Program-made: the position numbers and the translations under genes
The notes under the pieces: model-generated
What the model saw: only the letters and a program-made list of their open reading frames with translations
The model's database searches: none
Told to the model about the DNA's origin: nothing
In this document: piece after piece, positions 10,857 to 21,364 of the stretch
Position numbering within the stretch: the stretch's first letter is position 1
Layout: each line of letters starts with the position of its first letter
Source: Rhodospirillaceae bacterium
GTDB lineage: Bacteria > Pseudomonadota > Alphaproteobacteria > UBA7887
Assembly: GCA_002728255.1 (NCBI GenBank)
Contig: PBWV01000047.1
Location: 27,368 to 91,367, forward strand
Direction of reading: 5' to 3'
Length of the DNA stretch: 64,000 nucleotides

Positions 10857-12520
10857 AAATTGAAAAAGAGCTTCTATTTCTCCCGCTTGGAGGTGCTGAA
10901 GAAATTGGAATGAACCTAAATCTATATGGCTTTGAGGAAAAATGGCTAATGGTCGATTTAGGAGTGGCATTTGGCGAAGATCGACTGCCAGGAATAGATA
11001 CTATAATGCCAGACCCACAATTCATTGTTGATCGCCGTAAAGATTTACTAGGTTTGGTGTTGACCCATGGGCATGAGGACCATTTGGGTGCCATTAAATA
11101 TTTATGGCCCCAGCTTAGATGTCCTATCTATGCCACACCATTTACGGCAGAATTGCTTCATTCAAAGTTATCAGAGACTAATTTTAGGAATGAAGTAGGC
11201 ATAACTAAAGTGTCGTTGGGAGAGAGATTTTCTGTTGGACCTTTTGATCTTGAATTCATAAGCACCACTCACTCAATCCCTGAGCCCAATGCGATAGCTC
11301 TGAGAACTGCGTTAGGTACAGTCGTGCATACTGGAGATTTTAAAATAGATCGACAACCATTAATAGGGAAAACTTTTGATAGCGGGACTTTGTCCCGCAT
11401 TGGTGATGAAGGTGTTTTAGCCGTTGTCTGCGATTCAACCAATGTATTTGAGGAGAAGGAGTCGGGATCCGAAAGTTTGCTAGGAGATACATTTGATAAA
11501 ATTATTGGGGAGACGGAGGGGATAGTAGGAGTTACTACCTTTGCTTCTAATGTGGCTCGAATAAAGACAATTGTCGAGGCCGCTATCAGAAATGACCGCC
11601 ACGCAGTGCTTATCGGAAGAAGTTTAATCCGAACAATACAAGTGGCTCGTAAAGCTGGTTACTTAAGTGAATTGCCTGATTTCATTTCTGAAAAAGATGT
11701 TAGTTTTCTGCCTCGAGATAAAGTTTTATTGATTTGCACCGGGTCGCAGGGGGAACCTCGGGGTGCGCTCTCACGTATTTCCTATGGTCAGAACCGAAAC
11801 ATTAACCTTAAGTCAGGTGATACAATCATTTTTTCTTCTAAAATTATTCCTGGAAATGAGAAAATGATTGGACGATTGCAAAATCGATTATCTGTGCTAG
11901 GTGTCGATGTGGTAACGGAAAGAGATGCTCTGGTGCATGTTTCCGGCCATCCATCCAAGATCGAATTGGCTGAAATGTATGCATTGACTCGGCCAAAGAT
12001 TGCAATTCCAGTGCACGGTGAACGACGTCATATAGCGGAACACGCCAAGCTTGCTAAAAAGTTACAGATTCCACTAGCAATTCAGGTAAATAATGGTTCT
12101 TTGGTCCACCTTGCTCCCGGAAAAGCGCGGGTCATTGATGAGGTCGAATCGGGTAGGTTGGCTCTTAATGGCTCACAAGTTGTGCCAGTTGATAGTACTC
12201 TAATCAAAGAGAGAAAAAAGCTAATGCACGGGGGCTTAATTGGTTTGACATTGCTGCTCGGCTCTAAGGGTGATCTAAAAAAATCCCCTAATTTTATAAG
12301 TCGTGGGGTGTTTAATGACACTAATGAAAATGTAGCTAAAGATTTATCTGTGGTTGTTGAAAATTCTCTCAAAGAATTCCCAGAAGAGATTATGGGCTCT
12401 GACAATCTTTTGGCTAAGGAAATAAAAAAAGTTCTTCGCAGGGTGATTAAAAATAATTGGGAAATTAAGCCAGAGATTGTAGTAGAAATCATGAGAATTG
12501 AGGAATCTATAAAAGTGTAA
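10853..12520 (+). CDS. rnj: ribonuclease J (metallo-beta-lactamase / beta-CASP RNase)
   Basis: 555 aa with the HGHEDHLGA MBL motif and beta-CASP-like architecture. The start overlaps the coaX stop by 4 nt. Confidence 0.88.
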   Translation: MKIEKELLFLPLGGAEEIGMNLNLYGFEEKWLMVDLGVAFGEDRLPGIDTIMPDPQFIVDRRKDLLGLVLTHGHEDHLGAIKYLWPQLRCPIYATPFTAELLHSKLSETNFRNEVGITKVSLGERFSVGPFDLEFISTTHSIPEPNAIALRTALGTVVHTGDFKIDRQPLIGKTFDSGTLSRIGDEGVLAVVCDSTNVFEEKESGSESLLGDTFDKIIGETEGIVGVTTFASNVARIKTIVEAAIRNDRHAVLIGRSLIRTIQVARKAGYLSELPDFISEKDVSFLPRDKVLLICTGSQGEPRGALSRISYGQNRNINLKSGDTIIFSSKIIPGNEKMIGRLQNRLSVLGVDVVTERDALVHVSGHPSKIELAEMYALTRPKIAIPVHGERRHIAEHAKLAKKLQIPLAIQVNNGSLVHLAPGKARVIDEVESGRLALNGSQVVPVDSTLIKERKKLMHGGLIGLTLLLGSKGDLKKSPNFISRGVFNDTNENVAKDLSVVVENSLKEFPEEIMGSDNLLAKEIKKVLRRVIKNNWEIKPEIVVEIMRIEESIKV

Positions 12521-12579
12521 CGTTGTAGGATATAGTTTTATAATTCTTTTTAAGCTCAAAAGAAGAGAAAAATTATTTT

Positions 12580-12984
12580 ATGATTGAAAAACTAAACCAT
12601 GTGGCGATTGTAGTTCCAGATCTTTGTAAAGCAAAGCTTGTTTACGAAGGTGCGTTGGGGGCTAAGGTAAGTGGTGTCAAATCATTACCCGAGCATGGTG
12701 TGTCTATACTTTTCGTGGATCTTGGTAATACAAAGATTGAACTTATGCACCCGCTTGGTGATGGTTCACCCATTTCTACATTCTTAGAGAAGAACCCAAA
12801 TGGTAGTATTCATCATCTTTGTTTTGAGGTCCATAGTATAGATGAAGCATTAGAATTTTTGACCAAGAAAGGGCTTCGTGTTCTGGGAGATGGTATCCCC
12901 AAGATTGGGGCTCATGGAAAACCGGTTGTTTTCTTGCATCCTAGAGATTTTTTGGGGACTCTAATCGAGCTCGAGGAAATCTAA
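12580..12984 (+). CDS. mce: methylmalonyl-CoA epimerase (VOC/glyoxalase-fold)
   Basis: 134-aa VOC-fold protein. The N-terminus MIEKLNHVAIVVPDL is typical of epimerases, and the position between rnj and proS is conserved in alphaproteobacteria. Confidence 0.8.
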   Translation: MIEKLNHVAIVVPDLCKAKLVYEGALGAKVSGVKSLPEHGVSILFVDLGNTKIELMHPLGDGSPISTFLEKNPNGSIHHLCFEVHSIDEALEFLTKKGLRVLGDGIPKIGAHGKPVVFLHPRDFLGTLIELEEI

Positions 12985-13011
12985 TAACAGATATAATAAG
13001 GCATTCTAAGA

Positions 13012-13257
13012 ATGAGTAATTTAACCACTCTTTTTACATTTTTCATTACTTGGTGGCTTGTTTTATTTACAACCTTGCCTTTTGGGGTAAAACGAGTCGA
13101 GAATCCTGAGGACCGCATGGAGGTGGGGGCACCAGAGAAGCCACAATTGTGGCTAAAGATGGGAATTACGACCGCTGTTAGCATAGTATTTACAGGAATT
13201 TTGCGTGTCTGCATGGATGCCGGCATAATTTCTCTCAAAGATTTGGCGCTTTTATAA
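13012..13257 (+). CDS. small conserved membrane protein (likely DUF1467-type) found between mce and proS
   Basis: 81 aa with two hydrophobic helices (FTFFITWWLVLFTTLPFG ; ITTAVSIVFTGIL). The size and position are as seen in many alphaproteobacteria. The family name is from memory only. Confidence 0.45.
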   Translation: MSNLTTLFTFFITWWLVLFTTLPFGVKRVENPEDRMEVGAPEKPQLWLKMGITTAVSIVFTGILRVCMDAGIISLKDLALL

Positions 13258-13296
13258 CTGGAGAGTTTTAGTGAGTAGTAGCGGGGTGAAATTTCA

Positions 13297-14616
13297 ATGC
13301 GATTGACTAATTACTTTCTGCCAACTTTACGGGAGACACCAGCTGAGGCTCAGATAAACTCCCACCGCTTAATGCTACGAGCAGGCCTTATTCGCCAAGC
13401 TAGCGCAGGAATTTATTCTTGGCTGCCTATGGGTTATCGAGTGTTACAAAAGATATCTGAGATTGTTCGAGCGGAGCAAAATCGTGCTGGTGCTCATGAA
13501 ATGCTGATGCCAACACTTCAACTTGCTGAATTATGGAAACGAAGTGGAAGGTATGAAGCTTATGGCCCAGAGATGCTCCGCATAAAGGATCGCAACAATC
13601 GAGATATGCTGTATGGCCCAACAAATGAAGAACAAATTACGGAAATAGTATCCGATTCCATTTCTAGTTATAAAGATTTACCCAAGACACTCTTTCATAT
13701 CCAGTGGAAATTTAGGGATGAGGTTCGTCCGCGCTTTGGGGTAATGCGTGGGCGAGAATTTTTGATGAAGGATGGCTATTCATTTGACTTAAGTCCTAAT
13801 TTGGCTCGAACGTCATATAATAAGATGTTTATCTCGTACCTTAGAACCTTTGCTCGAATGGGACTAAAGGCTATTCCAATGCGTGCGGATTCTGGTCCAA
13901 TAGGCGGGAGTATGAGCCATGAATTTATAATATTAGCTGAGACTGGTGAAAGTAAGGTATTTTTTCATTCGGATTATTTGGGTTTTGATGTCTTAAAACA
14001 GGAGGTGGATTATACTTCTGACCTTTCACAAGATGTTGCACTCTGGACCAAGTTATACGCGGCTACCGATGAACAACATAATAGCATACTCTTTGACGAG
14101 CAGGTGCCTTCAGAGAACCAGCGCGAAGGTAGAGGTATAGAAGTGGGTCATATATTTTATTTTGGGAAGAAATATTCGGATTCAATGAAGGCACAGGTCC
14201 TGGACTCCAACGGGGATATGGTGGGGTTAGAAATGGGTTCCTATGGTATTGGTGTTTCTCGCTTAGTAGGGGCAATTATAGAAGCTAATCATGATGAAAA
14301 TGGGATCATATGGCCGACGCCTGTGGCCCCATATAGAATAGGCATTATTAATTTGAAAGTAGGTTCTAAAGATTGTGATGAAATATGTGAAGAGTTATAT
14401 GCCCGATTAAAGGAGTTAAAAATTGATGTGTTGTACGATGATAGGGATGCAAGAGCAGGAGCTAAATTTGTAAATATGGATTTAATTGGACTGCCTTTCC
14501 AAGTAATAGTTGGCCCAAAAAGTGCTAAAAATAAAATGGTAGAGGTGAAGATAAGAGCAACTAGTGAGCGCTTCGAGAGCGATCTGCCTGGTGCTCTATC
14601 CAAAGTTATTGACTAA
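13297..14616 (+). CDS. proS: proline--tRNA ligase (short alpha-type class II)
   Basis: 439 aa with class-II aaRS motifs and the ProRS-specific N-terminus ([24 protein letters not shown]). Confidence 0.92.
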   Translation: MRLTNYFLPTLRETPAEAQINSHRLMLRAGLIRQASAGIYSWLPMGYRVLQKISEIVRAEQNRAGAHEMLMPTLQLAELWKRSGRYEAYGPEMLRIKDRNNRDMLYGPTNEEQITEIVSDSISSYKDLPKTLFHIQWKFRDEVRPRFGVMRGREFLMKDGYSFDLSPNLARTSYNKMFISYLRTFARMGLKAIPMRADSGPIGGSMSHEFIILAETGESKVFFHSDYLGFDVLKQEVDYTSDLSQDVALWTKLYAATDEQHNSILFDEQVPSENQREGRGIEVGHIFYFGKKYSDSMKAQVLDSNGDMVGLEMGSYGIGVSRLVGAIIEANHDENGIIWPTPVAPYRIGIINLKVGSKDCDEICEELYARLKELKIDVLYDDRDARAGAKFVNMDLIGLPFQVIVGPKSAKNKMVEVKIRATSERFESDLPGALSKVID

Positions 14617-14661
14617 TCAAAAGGGCTTTACAGAGCTTGATAAGCGTAAAATATAGAACGG

Positions 14662-15921
14662 ATGTTGCTAATGTTCAGAAGTTTTGAATTCTGGGTGGCG
14701 GCCCGTTATCTTAAATCTAGAAATGGTGATGGCTTTATTTCTTTAATCGCCTGGTTTTCGTTGATTGGTATTGCTCTTGGTGTAGCTACATTGATTATTG
14801 TTTTGTCGGTGATGAATGGTTTCCGTCATGAACTTCTAACAAGAGTTCTGGGTATAAATGGACATATAAGTATTGAAGCAAAATCTGGACAAATAGGAAT
14901 TAAAAATTTTGATGAGACAATAAAATCTGTTACAGGACTGCCCGATGTAACTCATGCTGTTGCTATCGTGGAAGGGCAGGTTTTGATCACCGGGAATGGT
15001 AACGCTCGAGGCGCAGTTGTCCGAGGTGTACGAAAACTCGATTTCCGACCAACAGATCTTCTTTTAACGGGCATCATAGCTGGGAGTATGGAGGAATTTG
15101 ATGGGGGGAATGGCATTGTAATAGGGAGACGTTTAGCTAATTCCCTTGGCGTTAAAATAGGGGATAGCGTAACTATACTTTCTGCAAAGGGGCGCAACAC
15201 TATCATGGGTGAAGTTCCTAGATCACGTGCTTACAATATTTTAGCTTTATTTGATATAGGGATGTATGAATACGATGCTGGAATAATATACATGCCCTTA
15301 TCGCATTCTCAAAAATTCTTTTTACAAGACGACCATGTAAATAAAATTGATGTATTCCTTAAAGATCCCGAGTTTGCGAACCATAGTGGTATTAGAGTTG
15401 GGGCCGTTATTAATAACGACCTCAGGGTTTATACATGGAAACAAATTCACTCGCATTTTTTTAATGCGCTTCAGGTAGAACGCAATGTCATGTTTTTGAT
15501 ATTAACATTAATTATTCTGGTAGCCGCGTTTAATATACTTTCCAGTCTGATCATGCTGGTTAACAGCAAAACCAAAGGTATTGCTATTTTGCGAACGATT
15601 GGTGTTACTCGGGGGTCCATAATGAGGGTCTTTATTATCACGGGTGCATCGATTGGGAGTGTTGGCACTATTTTAGGTTTAGTGCTTGGTCTTTATTTCA
15701 GCTATAATATTGATGAGATACGAATTTTTCTGGAAGGTTTCTCTGGAACCGAGTTATGGTCTCCAGAAATCCGGTTTCTTTCTAATTTGCCTGCAATAGT
15801 CGATGTAAGTGAGGTAATTTTAGTTGTAGGAATTAGTTTATTTCTCTCTTTCGGAGCTACTATCTACCCTTCATGGCGAGCGTCAAAGTTAGATCCGGTG
15901 GAAGTCCTTCGTTATGAATGA
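14662..15921 (+). CDS. lolE: lipoprotein-releasing ABC transporter permease (LolC/LolE, FtsX-like)
   Basis: 419 aa with an N-terminal TM helix, a large periplasmic domain and a C-terminal FtsX-type 3-TM bundle. Immediately followed by lolD. Confidence 0.85.
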   Translation: MLLMFRSFEFWVAARYLKSRNGDGFISLIAWFSLIGIALGVATLIIVLSVMNGFRHELLTRVLGINGHISIEAKSGQIGIKNFDETIKSVTGLPDVTHAVAIVEGQVLITGNGNARGAVVRGVRKLDFRPTDLLLTGIIAGSMEEFDGGNGIVIGRRLANSLGVKIGDSVTILSAKGRNTIMGEVPRSRAYNILALFDIGMYEYDAGIIYMPLSHSQKFFLQDDHVNKIDVFLKDPEFANHSGIRVGAVINNDLRVYTWKQIHSHFFNALQVERNVMFLILTLIILVAAFNILSSLIMLVNSKTKGIAILRTIGVTRGSIMRVFIITGASIGSVGTILGLVLGLYFSYNIDEIRIFLEGFSGTELWSPEIRFLSNLPAIVDVSEVILVVGISLFLSFGATIYPSWRASKLDPVEVLRYE

Positions 15922-16612
15922 GGCAAAAAGTAAAACAATTGTTCAGTTGGATAATGTTTGCAGGAGCTTCCAACAAGGCTCCAGAACTATTGAAGTTCTA
16001 AAAAATATTTCGATCAATGTGGAAGCGGGCGAATCTGTTGGTATATTAGGTCCTTCTGGGTCGGGAAAATCAACAATGCTTCATATAGTTGGCCTTCTTG
16101 AACCTCCTGATTCTGGCCACGTATTTCTAGACGGCCTTAATAGCAGCTTAATGAAGGACCATGACAAGACCATCCTTCGACGGAAATACTTAGGATTTGT
16201 TTATCAATTCCACCATTTGTTGTCTGAATTTTCTGCTATTGATAACGTTATTTTGCCGCAGATAATTGCAGGAAGATCAAAAAAAGAGGCCAGAGATCGT
16301 TCAAAGTTATTGCTAGAGAAGGTTGGGCTGATTTCTCGGTCTGAGCATAAACCGGGACAACTATCTGGTGGGGAACAACAGAGAATTGCAATAGCACGAG
16401 CATTAGCTAATAAGCCGAAGCTAATAATAGCAGACGAGCCTACGGGTAATCTTGACATGGAAACTGCGGAGAAAGTTACTGATGTCCTTTTTGAAATTCT
16501 TGCGAGCGAGGCGGTAGGAGCGATAGTTGCTACACACAATCCTGAATTAGTGGCGCGTTTGGACCATGCTTTCTCTCTACCGGAAATAGGATTAGGTAAA
16601 CGCGTATCATAG
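15914..16612 (+). CDS. lolD: lipoprotein-releasing system ATP-binding protein
   Basis: 232 aa with Walker A GPSGSGKST, ABC signature LSGGEQQR and Walker B LIIADEP. It overlaps the lolE stop. Confidence 0.88.
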   Translation: MNEAKSKTIVQLDNVCRSFQQGSRTIEVLKNISINVEAGESVGILGPSGSGKSTMLHIVGLLEPPDSGHVFLDGLNSSLMKDHDKTILRRKYLGFVYQFHHLLSEFSAIDNVILPQIIAGRSKKEARDRSKLLLEKVGLISRSEHKPGQLSGGEQQRIAIARALANKPKLIIADEPTGNLDMETAEKVTDVLFEILASEAVGAIVATHNPELVARLDHAFSLPEIGLGKRVS

Positions 16613-16777
16613 GTCAACTTTACTTATTAAGTTGGGTTTTATCCTTGGTTTGGAGAGGATGATAAAGACGGTCCCTGTCCGTGAAGAGCTCTGATTTTAC
16701 ACGAAATAAATCATTTGTGTGGGGGGTAAATTTCGTAGAGTATTGCAACTGATCTAGGTTTGTAGTGGAACTGCTCG

Positions 16778-19700
16778 ATGCCTCATTCACCATTTGTCCA
16801 TCTTCGGGTACATAGCGCCTATTCGCTCTCTGAGGGAGCTGTAAAAATTCCCGAACTGGCAATGTTGGCTAAAAGAGGTCAAATGCCAGCTGTAGGTATT
16901 ACAGATAGTGGAAATTTGTTCGGGGCGCTTGAATTTTCTGCGATGTGTGCCAAAAAAGGTGTTCAGCCGATTATTGGATGCCAAATTGGAATGGTATCGG
17001 CTGATTATGGAGAGGGGAGTTCCAGGAACCGGCCAGAAGAACTAGTTTTATTTGTCAAAGATAAAAAAGGTTATGAGAATCTTATAAAGCTGGTAAGTCG
17101 ATCATTCTTACAAGTGGGTGAAGCACAGTTTCCACAAATTTCTTATGAGGAGCTCGCTGATCATAACCAAGGTTTAATAGCTCTTACGGGTGGGCCAAAG
17201 GGAGGGGTCGGGCGTGCTATCCTAAATGGACAGAATGAAATAGCAGAAAAATTATTAAATTTCTTAAAGGAAGTATTTGATGATCGTTTGTATGTGGAAA
17301 TTATGCGCCACAAACAAAGCGAAGAAATTAGAACGGAATCGATCTTCTTAGATTTAGCTCAAAAGATAAAAATTCCAATAGTTGCCACCAATGAAGTATT
17401 TTTTTCTGACCCCGATATGTACGAGGCTCATGAAGCTTTGCTCTGTATCTCCGAAGGTAAAACACTTCATGATGACTCTAGAAGAAGATCCACAACGGAG
17501 CACTATTTTAAGTCGGCTGAGGAGATGGAACGGTTATTTTCTGACCTCCCGATAGCTATTGGTAACACTCTTGTGATTGCACAAAGATGCAGTTACATGG
17601 TTGAGGAACGTTCCCCTATGCTACCTCGGGCTGGCGGCGCGGCAGATGATGGTAGTGAGAATAATCTGATAACTAATTTGTGTCGGCAAGGACTTAAAGC
17701 TCGTCTTGATAACGAAAGGATCCCATCGGCTAATACACAGATTTACAAAGAGCGCCTATCCTATGAATTAGAGGTTATTGAAAGCATGGGATTTGCTGGT
17801 TACTTTTTGATTGTTTCTGAATTTATTAACTGGGCCAAAGCCCAAGATATTGCTGTTGGACCAGGACGAGGCTCTGGAGCAGGCTCGGTCGTAGCCTGGT
17901 CTCTTGGAATAACTGATTTGGATCCCATAAAGTTTGGTCTTTTATTTGAGAGGTTTTTGAATCCAGAACGAGTCTCAATGCCGGACTTTGATATTGATTT
18001 TTGTCAGGAAAGGCGTGATGAGGTCATCCATCATGTTCAAGAACAGTATGGGGAAAATCAAGTCGCTCAAATAATTACTTTTGGAAAACTTCAAGCGCGA
18101 GCAGTTATGAGGGATGTAGGTCGGGTCCTGGGTATGCCTTATGGTCAGGTCGATCGCCTATGTAAATTGATTCCTAATAATCCGGCGGCCCCGGTGACTT
18201 TGCAAGAGGCCATAAATGGTGAACCAAGACTTGTAGAAGCTCGGAAGGAAGAACAAGGGGTCGGCCGACTCATAAGTATTGCTCTAAAGTTAGAAGGCCT
18301 GTACAGGCATGCTTCCACCCATGCGGCCGGTGTGGTAATTGGCGATAGAGCACTGGAGGAACTCGTACCCTTATATAGAGATCCCCGCTCTCAAATGGCA
18401 GTAACACAATTTAATATGAAGGATGTTGAAAAGGCGGGATTGGTAAAATTTGACTTTTTAGGACTTAAGACACTCACAGTTCTTCAAAAAGCTTTAAGGC
18501 TAGTTAAATCGTCTGGTTTTGAAATTGACTTAGTAAGTCTCCCATTAAATGATAGTTTAACATTTGCTCTCTTATCTTCAGGTGAAACCATTGGTGTTTT
18601 TCAAATGGAGAGCAACGGAATGCGTGAAGTTTTACGTAAGCTTAAGCCAGACCGATTTGAAGACATCATTGCCGTGGTCGCTCTCTATCGACCAGGCCCC
18701 ATGAGTAATATTCCAAGTTATATTGAACGTAAACATGGACGCGAAAAGGTCGAATATTTACATGATAGCTTAAAGCCTATTCTTCACGAGACCTATGGAA
18801 TCATGATTTATCAAGAACAGGTAATGCAGATAGCACAACAACTTTCTGGGTTCACACTTGGTGAGGCAGATTTGCTGCGACGAGCCATGGGAAAGAAAGA
18901 CCAAACAGAAATGGATGCTCAACGCCAAAGTTTTGTTGATGGAGCTGAGAAAAATGGGATGACAAAGGTTGAAGCCATTTCAACGTTTGATCAAGTGAAT
19001 GCATTTGCTGGTTATGGATTTAATAAAAGCCACGCTGCTGCATACGCGCTAGTAGGCTATCAGACCGCTTTTCTAAAGGCTCATCATCCAATCGAGTTTA
19101 TGGCTGCCCTAATGACACTGGAACAAGGAAATACGGATAAAATTGGGGCTTTGAGACAGGAGCTCGTTCGTTTGGGTGTGGAACTGGCGCCTCCAAGTAT
19201 CAATTTATCTAATAGTGAGTTTTGTGTCGAGACATCTGAAAAAACCGATAAAGCAAATAAAATTCGGTACGCATTGTCAGCTGTCAAGAATGTGGGGGTT
19301 GGCGTAGTTGATGAAATAGTGTCGGAGCGAAATGAAAGGGGACATTTCAAAAATCTTTTTGACTTCGCTAAGCGGCTCGGAAAAATTGCACTAAACAAAC
19401 GACAATTTATAAATTTGGCTAAAGCTGGGGCTTTTGATTGCTTTAATACAAATAGGGCCCAAGTAGTAGAATCGGCTGAAACGCTTATTCGGTATGGGGA
19501 TTGGGTCGCTGGCCAGACAGGAAAGGGGCAGGAAAGCCTGTTTCAAGATGGCCAAGGCCTCACAACTCATACGCCCGACCTAGCTATTGTCGAGGAATGG
19601 GCTCCCTTTGAACGTTTGCGGGAAGAAGCGGATGCACTAGGTTTTTATCTGTCATCTCATCCTTTAGATGCCTATGGATCCTTGATCGAGGGGCTTGGGG

Positions 19701-20233
19701 CGATTTCTTATAAATCTCTAGTCGAAGAAGGGATGACAAGTGATTCTGGTGGCAATAGAAAAAAAATAACGATCGTGGTTCAGAAACGAAGAGAACGCAA
19801 TTCCCGGAGGGGAAGGTATGCCTTTCTTGAAGTCTCTGACCAGACCGCCACCTTTGAAGTGACCATTTTCTCCGAATTACTTTCCCGTAAACGAGAGCTA
19901 CTAGAAACGGGCACAGCCCTACTGATAGAGGTTTCAGTGCAGAGAGATGACGATACACTACGATTGGTCGCCCAAAAAATAGATTTGTTGGATGATAAAA
20001 TAAATATGAAAAACAATACCTTAACTGTTTATCTTAAAGAAGATATGGAGATAGATGCCTTAAAATCGGTTATTGAAAGAGATCAGGGTGGTAAGGGTCA
20101 GTTACTACTAATTCAACGGCTCGGCCAGAACACAGAAGTTGAGGTAGAAATTGCTGGTACTTACTCGGGAAGCCCCGCTTTTAGGGCGGCACTCAAATCG
20201 GTGCCTGGAGTGATAGATGTTCTAGAGCGTTAG
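16778..20233 (+). CDS. dnaE: DNA polymerase III alpha subunit
   Basis: 1151 aa with an N-terminal PHP domain (HLRVHSAYSLSEGA), a polymerase core (GPGRGSGAGS, FDIDF) and a C-terminal OB fold. Confidence 0.95.
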   Translation: MPHSPFVHLRVHSAYSLSEGAVKIPELAMLAKRGQMPAVGITDSGNLFGALEFSAMCAKKGVQPIIGCQIGMVSADYGEGSSRNRPEELVLFVKDKKGYENLIKLVSRSFLQVGEAQFPQISYEELADHNQGLIALTGGPKGGVGRAILNGQNEIAEKLLNFLKEVFDDRLYVEIMRHKQSEEIRTESIFLDLAQKIKIPIVATNEVFFSDPDMYEAHEALLCISEGKTLHDDSRRRSTTEHYFKSAEEMERLFSDLPIAIGNTLVIAQRCSYMVEERSPMLPRAGGAADDGSENNLITNLCRQGLKARLDNERIPSANTQIYKERLSYELEVIESMGFAGYFLIVSEFINWAKAQDIAVGPGRGSGAGSVVAWSLGITDLDPIKFGLLFERFLNPERVSMPDFDIDFCQERRDEVIHHVQEQYGENQVAQIITFGKLQARAVMRDVGRVLGMPYGQVDRLCKLIPNNPAAPVTLQEAINGEPRLVEARKEEQGVGRLISIALKLEGLYRHASTHAAGVVIGDRALEELVPLYRDPRSQMAVTQFNMKDVEKAGLVKFDFLGLKTLTVLQKALRLVKSSGFEIDLVSLPLNDSLTFALLSSGETIGVFQMESNGMREVLRKLKPDRFEDIIAVVALYRPGPMSNIPSYIERKHGREKVEYLHDSLKPILHETYGIMIYQEQVMQIAQQLSGFTLGEADLLRRAMGKKDQTEMDAQRQSFVDGAEKNGMTKVEAISTFDQVNAFAGYGFNKSHAAAYALVGYQTAFLKAHHPIEFMAALMTLEQGNTDKIGALRQELVRLGVELAPPSINLSNSEFCVETSEKTDKANKIRYALSAVKNVGVGVVDEIVSERNERGHFKNLFDFAKRLGKIALNKRQFINLAKAGAFDCFNTNRAQVVESAETLIRYGDWVAGQTGKGQESLFQDGQGLTTHTPDLAIVEEWAPFERLREEADALGFYLSSHPLDAYGSLIEGLGAISYKSLVEEGMTSDSGGNRKKITIVVQKRRERNSRRGRYAFLEVSDQTATFEVTIFSELLSRKRELLETGTALLIEVSVQRDDDTLRLVAQKIDLLDDKINMKNNTLTVYLKEDMEIDALKSVIERDQGGKGQLLLIQRLGQNTEVEVEIAGTYSGSPAFRAALKSVPGVIDVLER

Positions 20234-20420
20234 ATAGACCATGTTTTGGGTCTTGCCATCTGGGTTGGAGCAGGTTAATTCTCAGGGTCTATTGTTTAAG
20301 AAATTCTCACGTGAGTTTGGCTGGGGACTTCTAATGTTCTCGGACCGTCCGGTGTTTGCCTTTAGCCATATTGTGCAAACTCTATACTCATGGTGGCTTA
20401 ACCGGAAAAGGAGTTAATTA

Positions 20421-21293
20421 ATGGCGGTGCCAACGTTTACTATGCGACAATTGTTGGAATCTGGTGTTCATTTTGGACATCAAACCAGTCGATGGAACCC
20501 AAAAATGAACTCATACTTATTTGGGGTTCGAAATGGTGTTCATATTATAGATCTGCAACAAACAGTTCCTCTACTCTATAGAGCGCTCGAATTTGTCCAT
20601 GAAATCGCATCTAATGGTGGACGGGTACTATTTGTGGGAACCAAGAGACAGGCGGCAACGCCAATTGCGGAGGCAGCTGGCCGATGTGGGCAATACTTTG
20701 TAAATCATCGTTGGCTAGGAGGCATGCTCACAAATTGGAAAACGATCTCTAACTCGATATCTAGACTGAAAAAACTTGATGAACAGCTTTCAGAAGAAAA
20801 TTTAGGCCTCACAAAGAAAGAGTTATTAAACCTCACAAGAGAGCGCGAGAAGCTAGAGCGATCGCTTGGAGGTATTCGGGAAATGGGCGGACTGCCTGAT
20901 GTGATTGTTGTCATCGATACGAACAAAGAAGAGATTGCTGTTCATGAGGCTAATAAGTTGAACATTCCAGTCATAGCTGTGGTAGATAGTAATTCTAATC
21001 CCGAAGGTGTCCAATTTCCTATCCCTGGTAATGATGATGCGACTAGGTCCATTACTACCTACTGTGAGCTTATAACTCAATCAATTTTATCAGGTTTGCA
21101 GAAGGAGTTGGCAGCATCGGGAGTGGATATAGGGGCCAATGAGGAAATTGTAGAGGAAGGCCTTCCTGATCTGAAGGAAGAGGAGAAATCTCTTAGTGGC
21201 GTGGGTCAGTCAGACCCAGGGGAACAGTCCGAACCTTATACGGCAACAAGTGAGGTGATTGATCCTAGCTTGAGTGAAAAAAAGAGTGATTAA
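20421..21293 (+). CDS. rpsB: 30S ribosomal protein S2, with an acidic C-terminal extension
   Basis: 290 aa. [14 protein letters not shown] is the S2 signature. The C-terminal ~40 aa are acidic and low-complexity. Confidence 0.95.
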   Translation: MAVPTFTMRQLLESGVHFGHQTSRWNPKMNSYLFGVRNGVHIIDLQQTVPLLYRALEFVHEIASNGGRVLFVGTKRQAATPIAEAAGRCGQYFVNHRWLGGMLTNWKTISNSISRLKKLDEQLSEENLGLTKKELLNLTREREKLERSLGGIREMGGLPDVIVVIDTNKEEIAVHEANKLNIPVIAVVDSNSNPEGVQFPIPGNDDATRSITTYCELITQSILSGLQKELAASGVDIGANEEIVEEGLPDLKEEEKSLSGVGQSDPGEQSEPYTATSEVIDPSLSEKKSD

Positions 21294-21364
21294 AAATTGG
21301 ATTAAGCATGATGATCCGAGACCATAATTTTTGGAAATACGCCAACACCAATAAGAGGTAACAG

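Noticed and set aside
16620-16862. An 80-aa minus-strand ORF spanning the lolD-dnaE intergenic region and the first codons of dnaE
   Set aside because: It overlaps the dnaE start on the opposite strand, has no recognisable features, and the spacer is better explained as the dnaE promoter region.
20234-20260. A 5-bp inverted repeat AGACC-N8-GGTCT just after the dnaE stop, as a possible terminator
   Set aside because: The stem is short and not followed by a T-run, so the evidence for an intrinsic terminator is insufficient.
20336-20350. An SOS-box-like GTTCTCGGACCGTCC upstream of rpsB
   Set aside because: One mismatch in the second half-site (GTCC, not GTTC), and rpsB is not an expected SOS target. 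Most likely a chance near-match.
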